Below are positions 43,379 to 53,760 of a DNA stretch of 64,000 nt, piece after piece. The notes beneath the pieces are model-generated. The model was not told the origin of the DNA, did not search any database, and saw only the letters and a list, made by a program, of their open reading frames with translations. The DNA is taken from positions 2,497-66,496 of the forward strand of contig DATBTC010000063.1 of assembly GCA_036559465.1 (NCBI GenBank), in the 5' to 3' direction. Every line of letters begins with the position of its first letter. Positions within the stretch are counted from its first letter, which is position 1. Both the position numbers and the translations under genes were made by a program. The stretch is from Xanthobacteraceae bacterium (GTDB taxonomy: Bacteria; Pseudomonadota; Alphaproteobacteria; Rhizobiales; Xanthobacteraceae).

Positions 43379-46198
43379 ATGCTCGAGACCAGCCGCCGGC
43401 GCCGGCCCGAAGCCGCACACGCCGAAATCATCGATCTCAAAGCGACCCGTGCGCGGCTTGCGGCGCTGGCCCAGAAGCATGCCAACAACGAGCAGGAGCT
43501 GCGCGCCGCGGTCGCCGCGCAGCTGAAGCGCACCTATCTGGAGGGCCGCGCGACTGCCGAGAAGCTGCTTGTCGCCGATCGCTCCGGCCGTGCCTGCGCC
43601 GAGCGGCTGTCGCGGCTGATGGACGGCATCGTCGGCCTCGCCTTCGAGGTCGCGACCGGCGTCTATCGTTCGGCCAATCCCTCCTCGAGCGAGCGCATGG
43701 CGATCGTCGCCATAGGCGGCTACGGCCGCGGCATGCTGGCGCCCGGCTCCGATATCGATCTCCTGTTCCTGCTCCCTTACAAACAGACCGCATGGGGCGA
43801 GAGCGTCGCCGAATCCGTGCTCTACGCGCTCTGGGACATGGGCCTCAAGGTCGGTCACGCGACGCGCTCGATCGACGAATGCATCCGTCAGGCCCGCGCC
43901 GACATGACGATCAGGACGTCGCTGCTCGAGGCGCGCCACTTGTTCGGCGACCGCGCGCTGTTCGAGGAGTTCGATCGCCGCTTCGACAAGGAAATCGTGC
44001 AGGGCACCGCGCACGAGTTTGTCGCCGCCAAGCTCGCTGAGCGCGCCGAGCGGCACCGCCGCGCCGGCCAGTCGCGCTATCTGGTCGAGCCGAACGTCAA
44101 GGACGGCAAAGGCGGGCTGCGCGATCTGCATACGCTGTTCTGGATCGCCAAATACGTCTATCGCGTGAAAACCGCCGATGAGCTCGTGGAAAAAGGCGTC
44201 TACTCGCGCGCTGAACTATCGCTATTCCGCCGCTGCGAGGAATTCCTATGGGCGGTGCGCTGCCATCTGCATTTTCTCGCCGGCCGCGCCGAGGAACGGC
44301 TCTCGTTCGAGGTGCAGCGCGATATGGCAATCCGGCTCGGCTACACCGAGCATCCGGGCCAGCAGGACGTCGAGCGCTTCATGAAGCACTACTTCCTCGT
44401 CGCCAAGGACGTCGGCGATCTCACCGCCATCGTCTGCGCCGAATTGGAGGAGCGTCACGTCAAGCCGGCCCAAGGCTTGACCCGCATGGTCGCGCGCCTG
44501 GTGCGCCCCAAGCGCCGGCCGATGAAGGACTATCCCGATTTCGTCGTCGAATACGACCGCATCAATATTTCCGATCCCGAGGCGTTCGCGCGCGATCCCG
44601 TGAACCTGATCCGCATGTTCCACTTGGCAGAACGTCATGACCTCGACTTCAAGCCCGACGCGCTCCGCGTCGTCCGCCGCTCGCTGAAGCTGATCGACAC
44701 GGAACTGCGTGCCGACGAGACCGCTAACCGGCTGTTTCGCGAGATTCTGACCTCGAAAAACGCCCCCGAACAGGCGCTGCGCAAGATGAACGAAGCCGGC
44801 GTCTTGGGCCATTTCGTGCTCGACTTCGGCCGCGTCGTCGCGATGATGCAGTTCAACCTCTATCACCACTATACGGTCGACGAGCATCTGATTCGCTGCA
44901 TCGGCGTACTGTCGGAGATCGAGCGCGGCACCAATCCCGAATACGGTCTGGCCAACGAGCTGATGGCCGGAATCATGAACCGCGATCTGCTCTATGTCGC
45001 GCTATTCCTGCACGACATCGCCAAGGGTCGGCCCGAGGATCATTCGGTCGCGGGCGCCAAGGTCGCTCGCCGCTTCTGCCCGCGCCTCGGCCTCAGCGTG
45101 GCCGAGACCGAAACCGTCTCCTGGCTGGTCGAGCAGCATCTGGTCATGTCCACCATCGCCCAGTCGCGCGATCTGGCCGACCGCAAGACCATCGAGGACT
45201 TCGCCGCGGTCGTGCAGAATCTGGAACGTATGAAGCTCCTGCTGATCCTTACCACCGCCGACATCCGCGCCGTAGGCCCCGGTGTCTGGAACGGCTGGAA
45301 GGCGCAACTCCTACGCAATCTCTATTACGAGACCGAGCCGACGTTGACCGGCGGCTTCTCGGAAGTGAATCGCGCCCGCCGCGTCGAGTTCGCGCAAGCG
45401 GAATTCAAGACCACGCTTTCCGGCTGGCAACCCGCCGAGATCGAGCGCTATGTCGCCCGCCACTATCCGCCTTACTGGTTGAAGGTGGATCTGGAGCGCA
45501 AGCTCGCGCACGCCGGGTTCCTTCGAAAGGCCGAGACCGAGGGCCGCCGGCTCGCCACCGCCGCCAAGATCGATGCTGCACGCGGCGTGACGGAGCTCAC
45601 CATTCTGGCGCCCGACCACCCGCGTCTGCTTTCCATCATTGCAGGCGCCTGCGCCGCCGCCGGCGCCAATATCGTCGATGCGCAGATTTTCACCACCACC
45701 GACGGGCTCGCGCTCGATTCGATCTCGATCTCGCGCGAATTCGAGCTCGACGAGGATGAAGAGCGCCGCGCGCGGCGCATCGCCGAAAGCATCGAGCAGG
45801 CGCTTAAGGGCGAGCGGCGTCCGTCCGACGCAGTCGCCCGCCGCGCCAAGCCGCGCCACAGCGCGTTCTCGATCGAACCCGAGGTCAACATCAACAATGT
45901 CTGGTCGAACCGCCACACCGTGCTCGAGGTTTCGGGGCTCGACCGGCCCGGCCTTCTGCACGACCTCACGCACGCGATTTCGCGGCTCAATCTCAACATC
46001 GCCTCGGCGCATGTCGCGACCTTCGGCGAGCGCGCGGTTGACGTCTTCTATGTCACCGACCTGATGGGCGCCAAGATCATCTCGGCGCCGCGCCAGGCCA
46101 CGATCCGCCGCGCGCTGTTGGCGATCTTCGAGCGCAAGGAAGAAGAGGCGCCCCGGGCCAAGCCGGGCCGGCCGCCGGTGCCTGCCGTTTTGCGGTGA
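43379..46198 (+). CDS. glnD: [protein-PII] uridylyltransferase/uridylyl-removing enzyme
   Basis: 939 aa. Nucleotidyltransferase motif GGYGRGMLAPGSDIDLLFL, HD domain LFLHDIAKG, two C-terminal ACT domains. Confidence 0.93.
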   Translation: MLETSRRRRPEAAHAEIIDLKATRARLAALAQKHANNEQELRAAVAAQLKRTYLEGRATAEKLLVADRSGRACAERLSRLMDGIVGLAFEVATGVYRSANPSSSERMAIVAIGGYGRGMLAPGSDIDLLFLLPYKQTAWGESVAESVLYALWDMGLKVGHATRSIDECIRQARADMTIRTSLLEARHLFGDRALFEEFDRRFDKEIVQGTAHEFVAAKLAERAERHRRAGQSRYLVEPNVKDGKGGLRDLHTLFWIAKYVYRVKTADELVEKGVYSRAELSLFRRCEEFLWAVRCHLHFLAGRAEERLSFEVQRDMAIRLGYTEHPGQQDVERFMKHYFLVAKDVGDLTAIVCAELEERHVKPAQGLTRMVARLVRPKRRPMKDYPDFVVEYDRINISDPEAFARDPVNLIRMFHLAERHDLDFKPDALRVVRRSLKLIDTELRADETANRLFREILTSKNAPEQALRKMNEAGVLGHFVLDFGRVVAMMQFNLYHHYTVDEHLIRCIGVLSEIERGTNPEYGLANELMAGIMNRDLLYVALFLHDIAKGRPEDHSVAGAKVARRFCPRLGLSVAETETVSWLVEQHLVMSTIAQSRDLADRKTIEDFAAVVQNLERMKLLLILTTADIRAVGPGVWNGWKAQLLRNLYYETEPTLTGGFSEVNRARRVEFAQAEFKTTLSGWQPAEIERYVARHYPPYWLKVDLERKLAHAGFLRKAETEGRRLATAAKIDAARGVTELTILAPDHPRLLSIIAGACAAAGANIVDAQIFTTTDGLALDSISISREFELDEDEERRARRIAESIEQALKGERRPSDAVARRAKPRHSAFSIEPEVNINNVWSNRHTVLEVSGLDRPGLLHDLTHAISRLNLNIASAHVATFGERAVDVFYVTDLMGAKIISAPRQATIRRALLAIFERKEEEAPRAKPGRPPVPAVLR

Positions 46199-46220
46199 TT
46201 ACGCAAGGCTCGGCTACCGC

Positions 46221-46235
46221 TTAACCGCCCCTTAA
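46221..46235. promoter_or_regulatory. CtrA-box-like motif TTAA-N7-TTAA upstream of the PBP gene
   Basis: TTAACCGCCCCTTAA(AC) 74-88 nt upstream of the PBP start. A further TTAAC lies at 46256-46260. Motif match only. Confidence 0.35.
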
Positions 46236-46308
46236 ACCGCCGCTTTTAGGGTTCCTTAACCTCAGGGGCTGAGGCGAGCCGGCGCTGGGAGCCGGACCGG
46301 ATAGAGGA

Positions 46309-48393
46309 ATGTTCGTCAGAAAGCGCAAGGCCCGCCGCGAGCCCGCGCTCGGCACCTTCGGCACGCTGTTCGATTTCGGCTTGCACACGCGCGATCGCAT
46401 CGGCGCCGACGGCTCCGCCGCGCGCGAAGCACTGGCGCCGCGCAACGCGAACAAAAAGCCGCGCCGCAAGAAGTCCCGCCGGGGCGCCATTCGTCGACTT
46501 CTCTATTGGAGCTTCGTGCTCGCACTCTGGGCCGGGCTCGCGTCCGCCGGTTACGTCGGTTATCAAGCCTCGCGGCTGCCGCCGCTCGCGACGCTCGTCG
46601 TGCCCATTCGCCCGCCGACCGTCTCTATCCTCGGCATCGACGGTAAAGTGATCGCGACCCGCGGCGAGATGGGCGGCGTTGCCGTCCCGTTGCGCGCGCT
46701 GCCGCCCTATCTGCCGCAGGCCGTCATCGCCATCGAGGACCGCCGCTTCTATTCCCACTTCGGCCTCGACCCGATCGGGCTCGCGCGCGCACTCTATGTG
46801 AACGTCACCTCCCGCGCCGTGCGCGAAGGCGGCTCGACGCTGACGCAGCAATTGGCCAAGAATCTGTTTCTGACGCAGGAGCGCACGGTCGCGCGCAAGG
46901 TGCAGGAACTGATTCTCGCGCTCTGGCTCGAGCGCGCCTATTCGAAGGACCAGATTCTCGAGCTTTATCTCAATCGCGTCTATTTCGGCTCGGGCGCCTA
47001 CGGCGTCGAGCCGGCGGCGCAACGCTATTTCGGCAAGTCCGCGCGCGTCGTGACGCTTGCGGAAGCCGCGATGCTCGCGGGTCTTGTGAAGTCGCCCTCA
47101 CGGCTCGCGCCCACGCGCAATCTCGCCGCAGCCCGCGAGCGCGCCGAGCTCGTGCTTGCCGCGCTGGTGAGCGAGAAGTTCATCTCCGACGCCATGGCGC
47201 GCACCGCGCGCGGTCGCCAACCCGCGATCGTGCGGAGCAACGGCCTAGGTTCCATCGGCTATGTCGCCGACTGGGTGATGGACGCGCTCGACGACTATGT
47301 GGGCCCGCTCGAGAGCGACGTCACCGTGCAGACCACGATCGATCCAGTGCTCCAGGTCGCCGCCGAGAAGGCGCTTTCAGAGGAACTCGGGAAGCAGGGC
47401 GAACGCTACGGAGTGACGCAGGGGGCGCTCGTCGCCATCGACCCGGATGGCCGCGTGCGCGCGCTGGTCGGTGGCCGCTCCTACGCGGAGAGCCAGTTCA
47501 ACCGCGCCATCGCCGCCCATCGCCAGCCCGGTTCGGCCTTCAAACCGTTCGTTTATCTCACCGCGCTCGAACGCGGGCTGACGCCGGAGAGCGTGCGCGA
47601 GGACGCGCCGGTCGACGTGCGCGGTTGGCGGCCGGAGAATTTCACTCGCGAATATTATGGTCCGGTGGCGCTTTCGACAGCCCTCGCCCATTCGCTGAAC
47701 ACCGTCGCCGTCAGGCTCACGCTTGAGCTCGGCCCCAGGAACGTTGCCGCCACGGCACTCCGGCTCGGCATTGCCTCCAAGCTCGATCCGGTTCCCTCGC
47801 TCGCGCTCGGCACCTCGGAAGTGACGCCACTAGAGCTCACCACTGCCTTCGCGCCATTTGCCAATGGCGGGATCGGCGTGATCCCGCACGTGATCGATCG
47901 CGTGCGCGGACCGGGTGGAAAAATTCTCTTCGCCCGCACCTCGAACAGCCTGGGCCGCGTGGTCATGCCGGCGCACGTGGCGATGATGAACCGCATGCTC
48001 GCCGAGACGCTTGCGACCGGCACCGCGCGCCGCGCGTCGCTGCCTGGCTGGACCGCGGCCGGGAAGACCGGAACGAGCCAGGATTTCCGCGACGCCTGGT
48101 TCGTAGGCTATACCGGCCGGCTCGTCGCCGGCGTGTGGCTCGGAAACGACGACGGCACGCCCACCAAGCGCGCGTCGGGCTCCAATTTGCCGGTCGAGAT
48201 CTGGAGCCGCTTCATGCGCACTGCGCACCAGAACATGCCGGTCGTGGACCTGCCGGGCATCGGCGCCGGTACCTTGCCCGGCGCCCTTCCGCCCGCGGAC
48301 GTGCCGGGGGCTCCCACGCCCACGCCGGAGCGCGAAAGCCCCGGCATGACGCTCGACCGTTGGCTGTTCGACAAGCTGTTCGGCCGCCGCTGA
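46309..48393 (+). CDS. class A penicillin-binding protein (bifunctional glycosyltransferase/transpeptidase, PBP1A family)
   Basis: 694 aa. Basic cytoplasmic tail plus one TM. GT51 motifs AIEDRRFYSHFGLD and GGSTLTQQ. Transpeptidase motifs SAFKPF, SLN, KTGTS. Confidence 0.9.
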   Translation: MFVRKRKARREPALGTFGTLFDFGLHTRDRIGADGSAAREALAPRNANKKPRRKKSRRGAIRRLLYWSFVLALWAGLASAGYVGYQASRLPPLATLVVPIRPPTVSILGIDGKVIATRGEMGGVAVPLRALPPYLPQAVIAIEDRRFYSHFGLDPIGLARALYVNVTSRAVREGGSTLTQQLAKNLFLTQERTVARKVQELILALWLERAYSKDQILELYLNRVYFGSGAYGVEPAAQRYFGKSARVVTLAEAAMLAGLVKSPSRLAPTRNLAAARERAELVLAALVSEKFISDAMARTARGRQPAIVRSNGLGSIGYVADWVMDALDDYVGPLESDVTVQTTIDPVLQVAAEKALSEELGKQGERYGVTQGALVAIDPDGRVRALVGGRSYAESQFNRAIAAHRQPGSAFKPFVYLTALERGLTPESVREDAPVDVRGWRPENFTREYYGPVALSTALAHSLNTVAVRLTLELGPRNVAATALRLGIASKLDPVPSLALGTSEVTPLELTTAFAPFANGGIGVIPHVIDRVRGPGGKILFARTSNSLGRVVMPAHVAMMNRMLAETLATGTARRASLPGWTAAGKTGTSQDFRDAWFVGYTGRLVAGVWLGNDDGTPTKRASGSNLPVEIWSRFMRTAHQNMPVVDLPGIGAGTLPGALPPADVPGAPTPTPERESPGMTLDRWLFDKLFGRR

Positions 48394-49170
48394 TCAGCTG
48401 GCGCCGAAGCGGTGCAGGCCGTTGCCGTGCGCCTTGAGCCAGGCTTCCGCGCGGCGCCATTCCGGAAAGAGCCGCTCCACCACCCGCCAGAAGCGGCGCG
48501 AATGATTGAGCTCGACTCGGTGCGCTACTTCGTGCGCTGCCAAATAATCGAGCACATAGGGTGGCGCCAGCACGAGCCGCCAGGAGAACGAGAGCGAGCC
48601 TTCGAACGAGCACGAGCCCCAACGGCTCCCGGTGTCGCGCACGCCGATGCGGCCGATCTTGACCTCGAGCATGGCCGCGTAGCGGCGGCTCGCCTCGACG
48701 AGTTCGCGCCGCGCTTCCCGTTTTAGAAAATCCATGAGGCGGCGCCGCAGGTGCTCGGGCGGCCCAGTCACGCACAGGATTGCCTGCCCGTCGTTCTCCT
48801 CGGTCCAGACCGTGCCGCGCGCCTTTGGCCGATGCTCGATCGCATGCGAAATGCCGTGCAACGGGATCGAAGAGCCGGGTGCGAAAGGCACCGGCACCGG
48901 CAGGCGCGAAAGCCGCGCTGAGATCCACGCAGCATTGCGTTCGGCAAATGCCCGCGCCTCGCGCAGACTCCCGCGCCGGGGCATGGTCAGCACCGCCTGG
49001 CGGCTCGATTCCTTGACACGCAGATTGTAGTTGCGGGCGCGCGGATGGCGAACGATTTTTACTTCGACTGCCTCATCGGCGCACGAGACCAGGAACCGGT
49101 CGGATGTCCCCGGTTGCGGCGCGGGCCGCAGGAACGGCAGGAGAAATTGCGCAGCGGTTTCGAATCGCAC
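48394..49170 (-). CDS. M48-family/DUF45 (YgjP-like) metal-dependent hydrolase
   Basis: HEVAHRVELNHS (HExxH) near the C-terminus. The ORF-track start at 49401 would overlap phaZ. The only canonical in-frame start below the phaZ stop is the GTG at 49168-49170, so the start is uncertain. Confidence 0.7.
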   Translation of the reverse strand: MRFETAAQFLLPFLRPAPQPGTSDRFLVSCADEAVEVKIVRHPRARNYNLRVKESSRQAVLTMPRRGSLREARAFAERNAAWISARLSRLPVPVPFAPGSSIPLHGISHAIEHRPKARGTVWTEENDGQAILCVTGPPEHLRRRLMDFLKREARRELVEASRRYAAMLEVKIGRIGVRDTGSRWGSCSFEGSLSFSWRLVLAPPYVLDYLAAHEVAHRVELNHSRRFWRVVERLFPEWRRAEAWLKAHGNGLHRFGAS

Positions 49171-49208
49171 CGCCGGAGAAGAATCGAAACGCCTGATTCG
49201 GGCAAGCG

Positions 49209-50615
49209 CTAGCGCACTGCGGCGCGCCTGGGTTTGGCAAGTGCCGGAGCCGCGGCGGCAAAGGCGCGGTTGTTGGACAACATGAAGTCGGACATGCGCG
49301 GCGCGATTTCGGCGCGGAAACGCGAGCCGTTGAACACACCATAATGGCCGACGGTCGGCTGCAGGTAATGCGCCTTGCGCTCGGTCGGGATATTCACGCA
49401 CAGCCGATGCGCTGCTTCGGTCTGGCCGACGCCGGAAATATCGTCGTTCTCGCCCTCGATCGTGAGCAGCGCGACGCGGCGGATCGCCGCCAGGTCCACC
49501 GGCCTGCCGCGGTGAGTCATCTCGCCCTTCGGCAATGCGTGGCGGACGAACACGGTATCCACCGTCTGCAGATAGAACTCGGCGGTGAGGTCCATGACGG
49601 CGAGATACTCGTCGTAGAATTCGCGGTGCTTCTGCGCCGAGTCGCCGTCGCCGGCGACCAGGTGATTGAACATCTCCTTATGCGCGTCGAGATGGCGTTC
49701 AAAATTCATTCCGACGAAGCCAGAGAGCTGCAGGAAACCCGGATAGACATCGCGCATGAAGCCCGGGTGCGGCCACGGCACCTTGGCGATGACGTGGGTC
49801 TTGAACCACTCGATGCCGCGCTCGACCGCGAGCTTGTTAACCGCCGTGGGCTTCTCGCGGGTGTCGATCGGCCCGCCCATCAGCACCATGGAACTGGGAA
49901 CGTAAGGATCGTCCTCGGCCTCCATGCGCGCGACTGCGGCCAACACCGGCACCGATGGCTGGCAGACGGCGACCACGTGGCAGTCGCCGCGCAGAAAATG
50001 CAGGATGCTGATCACGTAGTCGATATAGTCGTCGAGGTCGAAACGGCCCTCGCTGACCGGCACCATGCGCGCATCGATCCATTCGGTGATGTAGACGTCG
50101 TGCTTGGGCAGGAACGCCTCGACTGTGCCGCGCAGCAGCGTCGGATAGTGTCCCGACATCGGCGCTACGATCAGCACGCGCGGTTGCGGCACCCGCGGCT
50201 TGTGCTCTAGCTTCCGCTCGAAATGCAGCAACCGGCAGAACGGCCGCTCCCACACGGTCTTGATATTGACCGGGACCCGCTCGCCGCCGACTAGAGTCGA
50301 GGAAATTCCCCACTCGGGCTTGCCGTAGCGCCGCGTCGAGCGCTCGAACATCTCGGCGGCGGCCGCGATCTGTTTTCCGTACTGCGTGTGGGCGAGGGGA
50401 TTGATCGGATTCTTAAAGTAGAGCTTGGTCAAATCCGCGAACGCGCGCGACGGATTGAGCGCCGCCTGGCTCATTTCGTAGAACCAGTAGATCGGGGTCG
50501 TTAGATAAGGAGCATCGACGGCCGCGCTCGAAGGCGCGCCGCCAAAAACCCCGATCCCTGCCGAATCCCAGCCGTTTTTCTGCTGCACCGCAGCAGAGTG
50601 TCGTTTTTTTGTCAT
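49209..50615 (-). CDS. phaZ: intracellular polyhydroxyalkanoate (PHB) depolymerase
   Basis: YWFYEMSQAALNPSRAFADL...ERPFCRLLHFER, as in the TIGR01849-type PhaZ family. Start placed at the first ATG (MTKKRHS); the ORF-track TTG at 50648 is also possible. Confidence 0.85.
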   Translation of the reverse strand: MTKKRHSAAVQQKNGWDSAGIGVFGGAPSSAAVDAPYLTTPIYWFYEMSQAALNPSRAFADLTKLYFKNPINPLAHTQYGKQIAAAAEMFERSTRRYGKPEWGISSTLVGGERVPVNIKTVWERPFCRLLHFERKLEHKPRVPQPRVLIVAPMSGHYPTLLRGTVEAFLPKHDVYITEWIDARMVPVSEGRFDLDDYIDYVISILHFLRGDCHVVAVCQPSVPVLAAVARMEAEDDPYVPSSMVLMGGPIDTREKPTAVNKLAVERGIEWFKTHVIAKVPWPHPGFMRDVYPGFLQLSGFVGMNFERHLDAHKEMFNHLVAGDGDSAQKHREFYDEYLAVMDLTAEFYLQTVDTVFVRHALPKGEMTHRGRPVDLAAIRRVALLTIEGENDDISGVGQTEAAHRLCVNIPTERKAHYLQPTVGHYGVFNGSRFRAEIAPRMSDFMLSNNRAFAAAAPALAKPRRAAVR

Positions 50616-50658
50616 GGGGTCAATGGATTGCGAAAGCCCGCAGTGCAATGTCCAGCGC

Positions 50659-51471
50659 TTATTCGCCGACCTGGATAAGCGAGCCGGCGCGCCGCGCGGA
50701 GTTCAACAGCATGGTGAAAGCGACGGACGCGGCGGCGATCCAAAGCACGTTGAGTGCGAACGCCCAAACCATCAAGTCCGCGCGAAACGTCTGCTCGAGC
50801 ATGAGCGCGCGCATGCCCTCGAACACGGAAGTCGGCGGTAAGGCCCAGGCGATCGGCTGCAGCCACGCGGGCAGCGTCGAGACCGGATAGTAGACACAAG
50901 TCAGCGGTAGAAAGATGAACATCAGACTCCACGTCAGCCCCTCAGCGCCGAGGCCGTTTCGCAGCACCAGCCCCGAACAGAACATTCCGACCGCCCAACT
51001 CGTCAGCAGCAGATTTGCGAAGAAGGCAGCGAGCGCGAAACCGAGACTCCAGAAGTTGAATCCAAAGAACAAGATCGCCAGGAACGTCACCGGAACGAGT
51101 CCGATCGCCATGCGCACTGTGCCCATGACGATCAACTGCAGCACGAACTCGAGCGGTCTGAGCGGCGAGATCATCAGGTTCGGCATATTGCGCGACCACA
51201 TCTCCTCGAGAAACGACATGGAGAAGCCGAGCTGGCCGCGAAACAGAATGTCCCACAACAGGAACGCTGCGAGGAACGTGCTCGCCGCTTGTGCCAGCAC
51301 GCCCGCCTGCGGCGCGATGCCGATCTGCAGGAAGCCCCACATCGTCATCTGCACCGCCGGCCAGTAGACGATCTCCAAGAGCCGCGGCCAAGATGAACGC
51401 AGCAGATAAAAATGCCGCAGCACCATGGCGGCGACACGCCGCGGAGAGAAAGCAGGGGAGGTTGTGCTCAT
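50659..51471 (-). CDS. ABC-2-type transporter permease
   Basis: 270 aa with about 6 TM helices. Translationally coupled (4-nt overlap) to the upstream ATPase gene. Confidence 0.8.
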   Translation of the reverse strand: MSTTSPAFSPRRVAAMVLRHFYLLRSSWPRLLEIVYWPAVQMTMWGFLQIGIAPQAGVLAQAASTFLAAFLLWDILFRGQLGFSMSFLEEMWSRNMPNLMISPLRPLEFVLQLIVMGTVRMAIGLVPVTFLAILFFGFNFWSLGFALAAFFANLLLTSWAVGMFCSGLVLRNGLGAEGLTWSLMFIFLPLTCVYYPVSTLPAWLQPIAWALPPTSVFEGMRALMLEQTFRADLMVWAFALNVLWIAAASVAFTMLLNSARRAGSLIQVGE

Positions 51472-52280
51472 GACGCGGCCTCTTTCGCGGGCTCGTCCGC
51501 CGGCTGGCGCCGGTTGCGTGCGACATCGAGGAAGACTTCCTCGAGCGTGCTGCGGCCATAGCGCGCCAACAGGCCCTCGGGTGTGTCGTCATCGACGATC
51601 TGGCCGAGCTTCATCATGATGACGCGGTCGCACAGCCGCTCGACCTCGCTCATGTTGTGGGACGCCAGCAATATCGAAGCGCCGCGCCGCTCCCGATAGC
51701 GCTCAAGATGCGTTCGCACCCAGTCGGCCGTATCGGGATCGAGCGAGGCGGTCGGCTCGTCGAGGATCAGGATTTCCGGCTCGTTGATCAGCGCCTTGGC
51801 CAGCGCAACGCGCGTCTTTTGGCCGGCCGAGAGCTTTCCGGCCGGCCGGTCGATGAATTCGGTAAGCGCCAGGTCCGCGGCCAACCGCGCGATGCGCGCG
51901 GCCACGTCCGCCACTTCATAGAGCATGGCGAACACCAAAAGATTCTGCCGCACAGTCAGCCGGTGCGGCAGGTCCACATAGGGGCTTTCCAGATTAATGC
52001 GATGGAGCACACGATAGGGCTCCTTCTCCATATCGGCGCCGAGCACCTTCACCCATCCCGCGGTCGGGGCGACGAGCCCCATCATCATGCCGATGGTCGT
52101 GGTCTTGCCGGCGCCGTTGCCGCCGAGCAGACCGGTCACCGAGCCCTGCGCCAGCGAAAACGAAATCCCCGCCACGGCGATTGTCTCGCCGTAGTGCTTG
52201 GTCAGCTGTTCGGCTTGAACAGCAGGGAGTGGATCGGCGGTCTTATTCATGGGGGCCGGAAGTCGCATGGCGAGGGGCAA
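51468..52280 (-). CDS. ABC transporter ATP-binding protein (ABC-2 exporter type)
   Basis: Walker A GGNGAGKTTT, signature LSAGQKTRVALA, Walker B ILILDEPT. The start may be the internal Met at 52250 (MNKTAD). Confidence 0.88.
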   Translation of the reverse strand: MPLAMRLPAPMNKTADPLPAVQAEQLTKHYGETIAVAGISFSLAQGSVTGLLGGNGAGKTTTIGMMMGLVAPTAGWVKVLGADMEKEPYRVLHRINLESPYVDLPHRLTVRQNLLVFAMLYEVADVAARIARLAADLALTEFIDRPAGKLSAGQKTRVALAKALINEPEILILDEPTASLDPDTADWVRTHLERYRERRGASILLASHNMSEVERLCDRVIMMKLGQIVDDDTPEGLLARYGRSTLEEVFLDVARNRRQPADEPAKEAAS

Positions 52281-52377
52281 AAACGCAAGCCAGTCGGTGC
52301 CGCGCCGCTTTAACCTAGGCCCGAGGCCGATCGCCGCGGCAGTTTCGCCGCGTACCGTCTGTGCGTAGATTGATGTT

Positions 52378-53760
52378 ATGGCGATTGAATTCGACCGTCC
52401 CGTGACCGAGCGGCCCTTCGGACTCCGGCTCGATACGCTCGTCCGCTTGCGTTGGCTGGCGGTTGTGGGCCAATTGATCGTGCTGGTCGCGGTCTATTGG
52501 GGCCTCGGCTTCGATCTACCGATCGTGCTTGCGCTGGGTATCGTTGCGCTCACTGCCGCGATCAATGTTGCACTCGGAATCCGCTTCGCGGCCAGCCGCC
52601 GCCTGGACGATCGAGAAGCGGCCATCTTGCTCGCTTACGATATCGCTCAGCTCGCGCTTCTGCTTTATTTGACCGGCGGGATTACAAATCCTTTCTGCGT
52701 TTTGTTCCTGGCGCCGGTTCTGATTTCGGCCGCCGCACTTTCACCGCGCACCACGCTAGCGCTCGGGGCACTGACGGTCGCGTCGATCACTGCGCTCGCT
52801 TTCTTCCATTATCCGCTGCCGTGGTATCCGGGCGCCGAGGCTAAAGTCCCGGTGATCTATCGGGCCGGCATATGGCTTTCGTTGCAGCTTTCGGTCGTCT
52901 TCATCGGTCTCTATGCCTGGCGGATCGCCGAGGAAAGGAGCCAGCTCTCCGACGCGCTCGCCGCCACCGAGCTCGTGCTCGCGCGCGAGCAACATCTGTC
53001 GGCGCTGGATGGATTGGCCGCCGCGGCGGCACACGAACTCGGCACGCCGCTTTCGACCGTCGTGCTCGTCGTGCGCGAGCTCGAACGCGCCATGCCGAAG
53101 GACGGGCCGTACGCCGACGACATCAAGCTCCTGCGCGAGCAGACTGAACGCTGCCGCTCCATCCTGGCGACGCTTGCAACGCTCGGTTCGGGCGATGCGC
53201 CATTCGACCGCATGCCGCTTTCGCTCTTGTTGGAGGAAGTAGCCGCGCCCCACCGGCCGTTCGGCCTCGAGATCAAACTCGATCTTCCGAAAGAGCGCGC
53301 TGACGAGCCGATAATCGCCCGCAATCCCGGCATCATCTATGGGCTCGGAAATTTTGTCGAGAACGCCGTCGATTTCGCGCGCGGGCAGGTGGTGGTCTCC
53401 GCCCATTGGCATGCCGACACGATCGCGATCGAAATCTCCGACGACGGTCCCGGCTTCTCGCCTGCTGTGATCGACCGAATCGGAGAGCCCTACGTGACGA
53501 TGCGCGGGTCGCGGCGCGACCGTGCGGCAGTCGACGGCCCTGGTGGACTCGGCCTTGGCTTCTTCATCGCCAAGACTCTTCTGGAGCGGACCGGTGCCAA
53601 GCTCGATGTCGCCAATCGTCCGGCTCCGGCCGTGGGCGCCATCGTGCGGGTGAGCTGGCCGCGCCGTGTACTGGAACAGGCCGTAGCCGTGCTGCCGGTT
53701 CGTCCCTCGCTCCAGGACGCCGAGGCAGCCGATCTCTCCCCGCGACCGGTTGCGACGTAA
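52378..53760 (+). CDS. regB: redox-responsive sensor histidine kinase RegB/PrrB/ActS/RegS
   Basis: 460 aa with about 6 TM helices. Contains the conserved GGITNPFCVLF segment, H-box AAAAAHELGTPLSTV, and HATPase region GLGLGFFIAK. Confidence 0.85.
   Translation: MAIEFDRPVTERPFGLRLDTLVRLRWLAVVGQLIVLVAVYWGLGFDLPIVLALGIVALTAAINVALGIRFAASRRLDDREAAILLAYDIAQLALLLYLTGGITNPFCVLFLAPVLISAAALSPRTTLALGALTVASITALAFFHYPLPWYPGAEAKVPVIYRAGIWLSLQLSVVFIGLYAWRIAEERSQLSDALAATELVLAREQHLSALDGLAAAAAHELGTPLSTVVLVVRELERAMPKDGPYADDIKLLREQTERCRSILATLATLGSGDAPFDRMPLSLLLEEVAAPHRPFGLEIKLDLPKERADEPIIARNPGIIYGLGNFVENAVDFARGQVVVSAHWHADTIAIEISDDGPGFSPAVIDRIGEPYVTMRGSRRDRAAVDGPGGLGLGFFIAKTLLERTGAKLDVANRPAPAVGAIVRVSWPRRVLEQAVAVLPVRPSLQDAEAADLSPRPVAT

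Noticed and set aside
50570-50665. Apparent 1-nt frame inconsistency near the 5' end of phaZ and the 3' end of the ABC-2 permease gene when I translated by hand
   Set aside because: The ORF track gives uninterrupted ORFs, and my hand indexing re-synchronises with the track by 51469. The cause is most likely my miscount at homopolymer runs, not a real frameshift or pseudogene. Small-motif coordinates in this stretch should be treated as +/-1.
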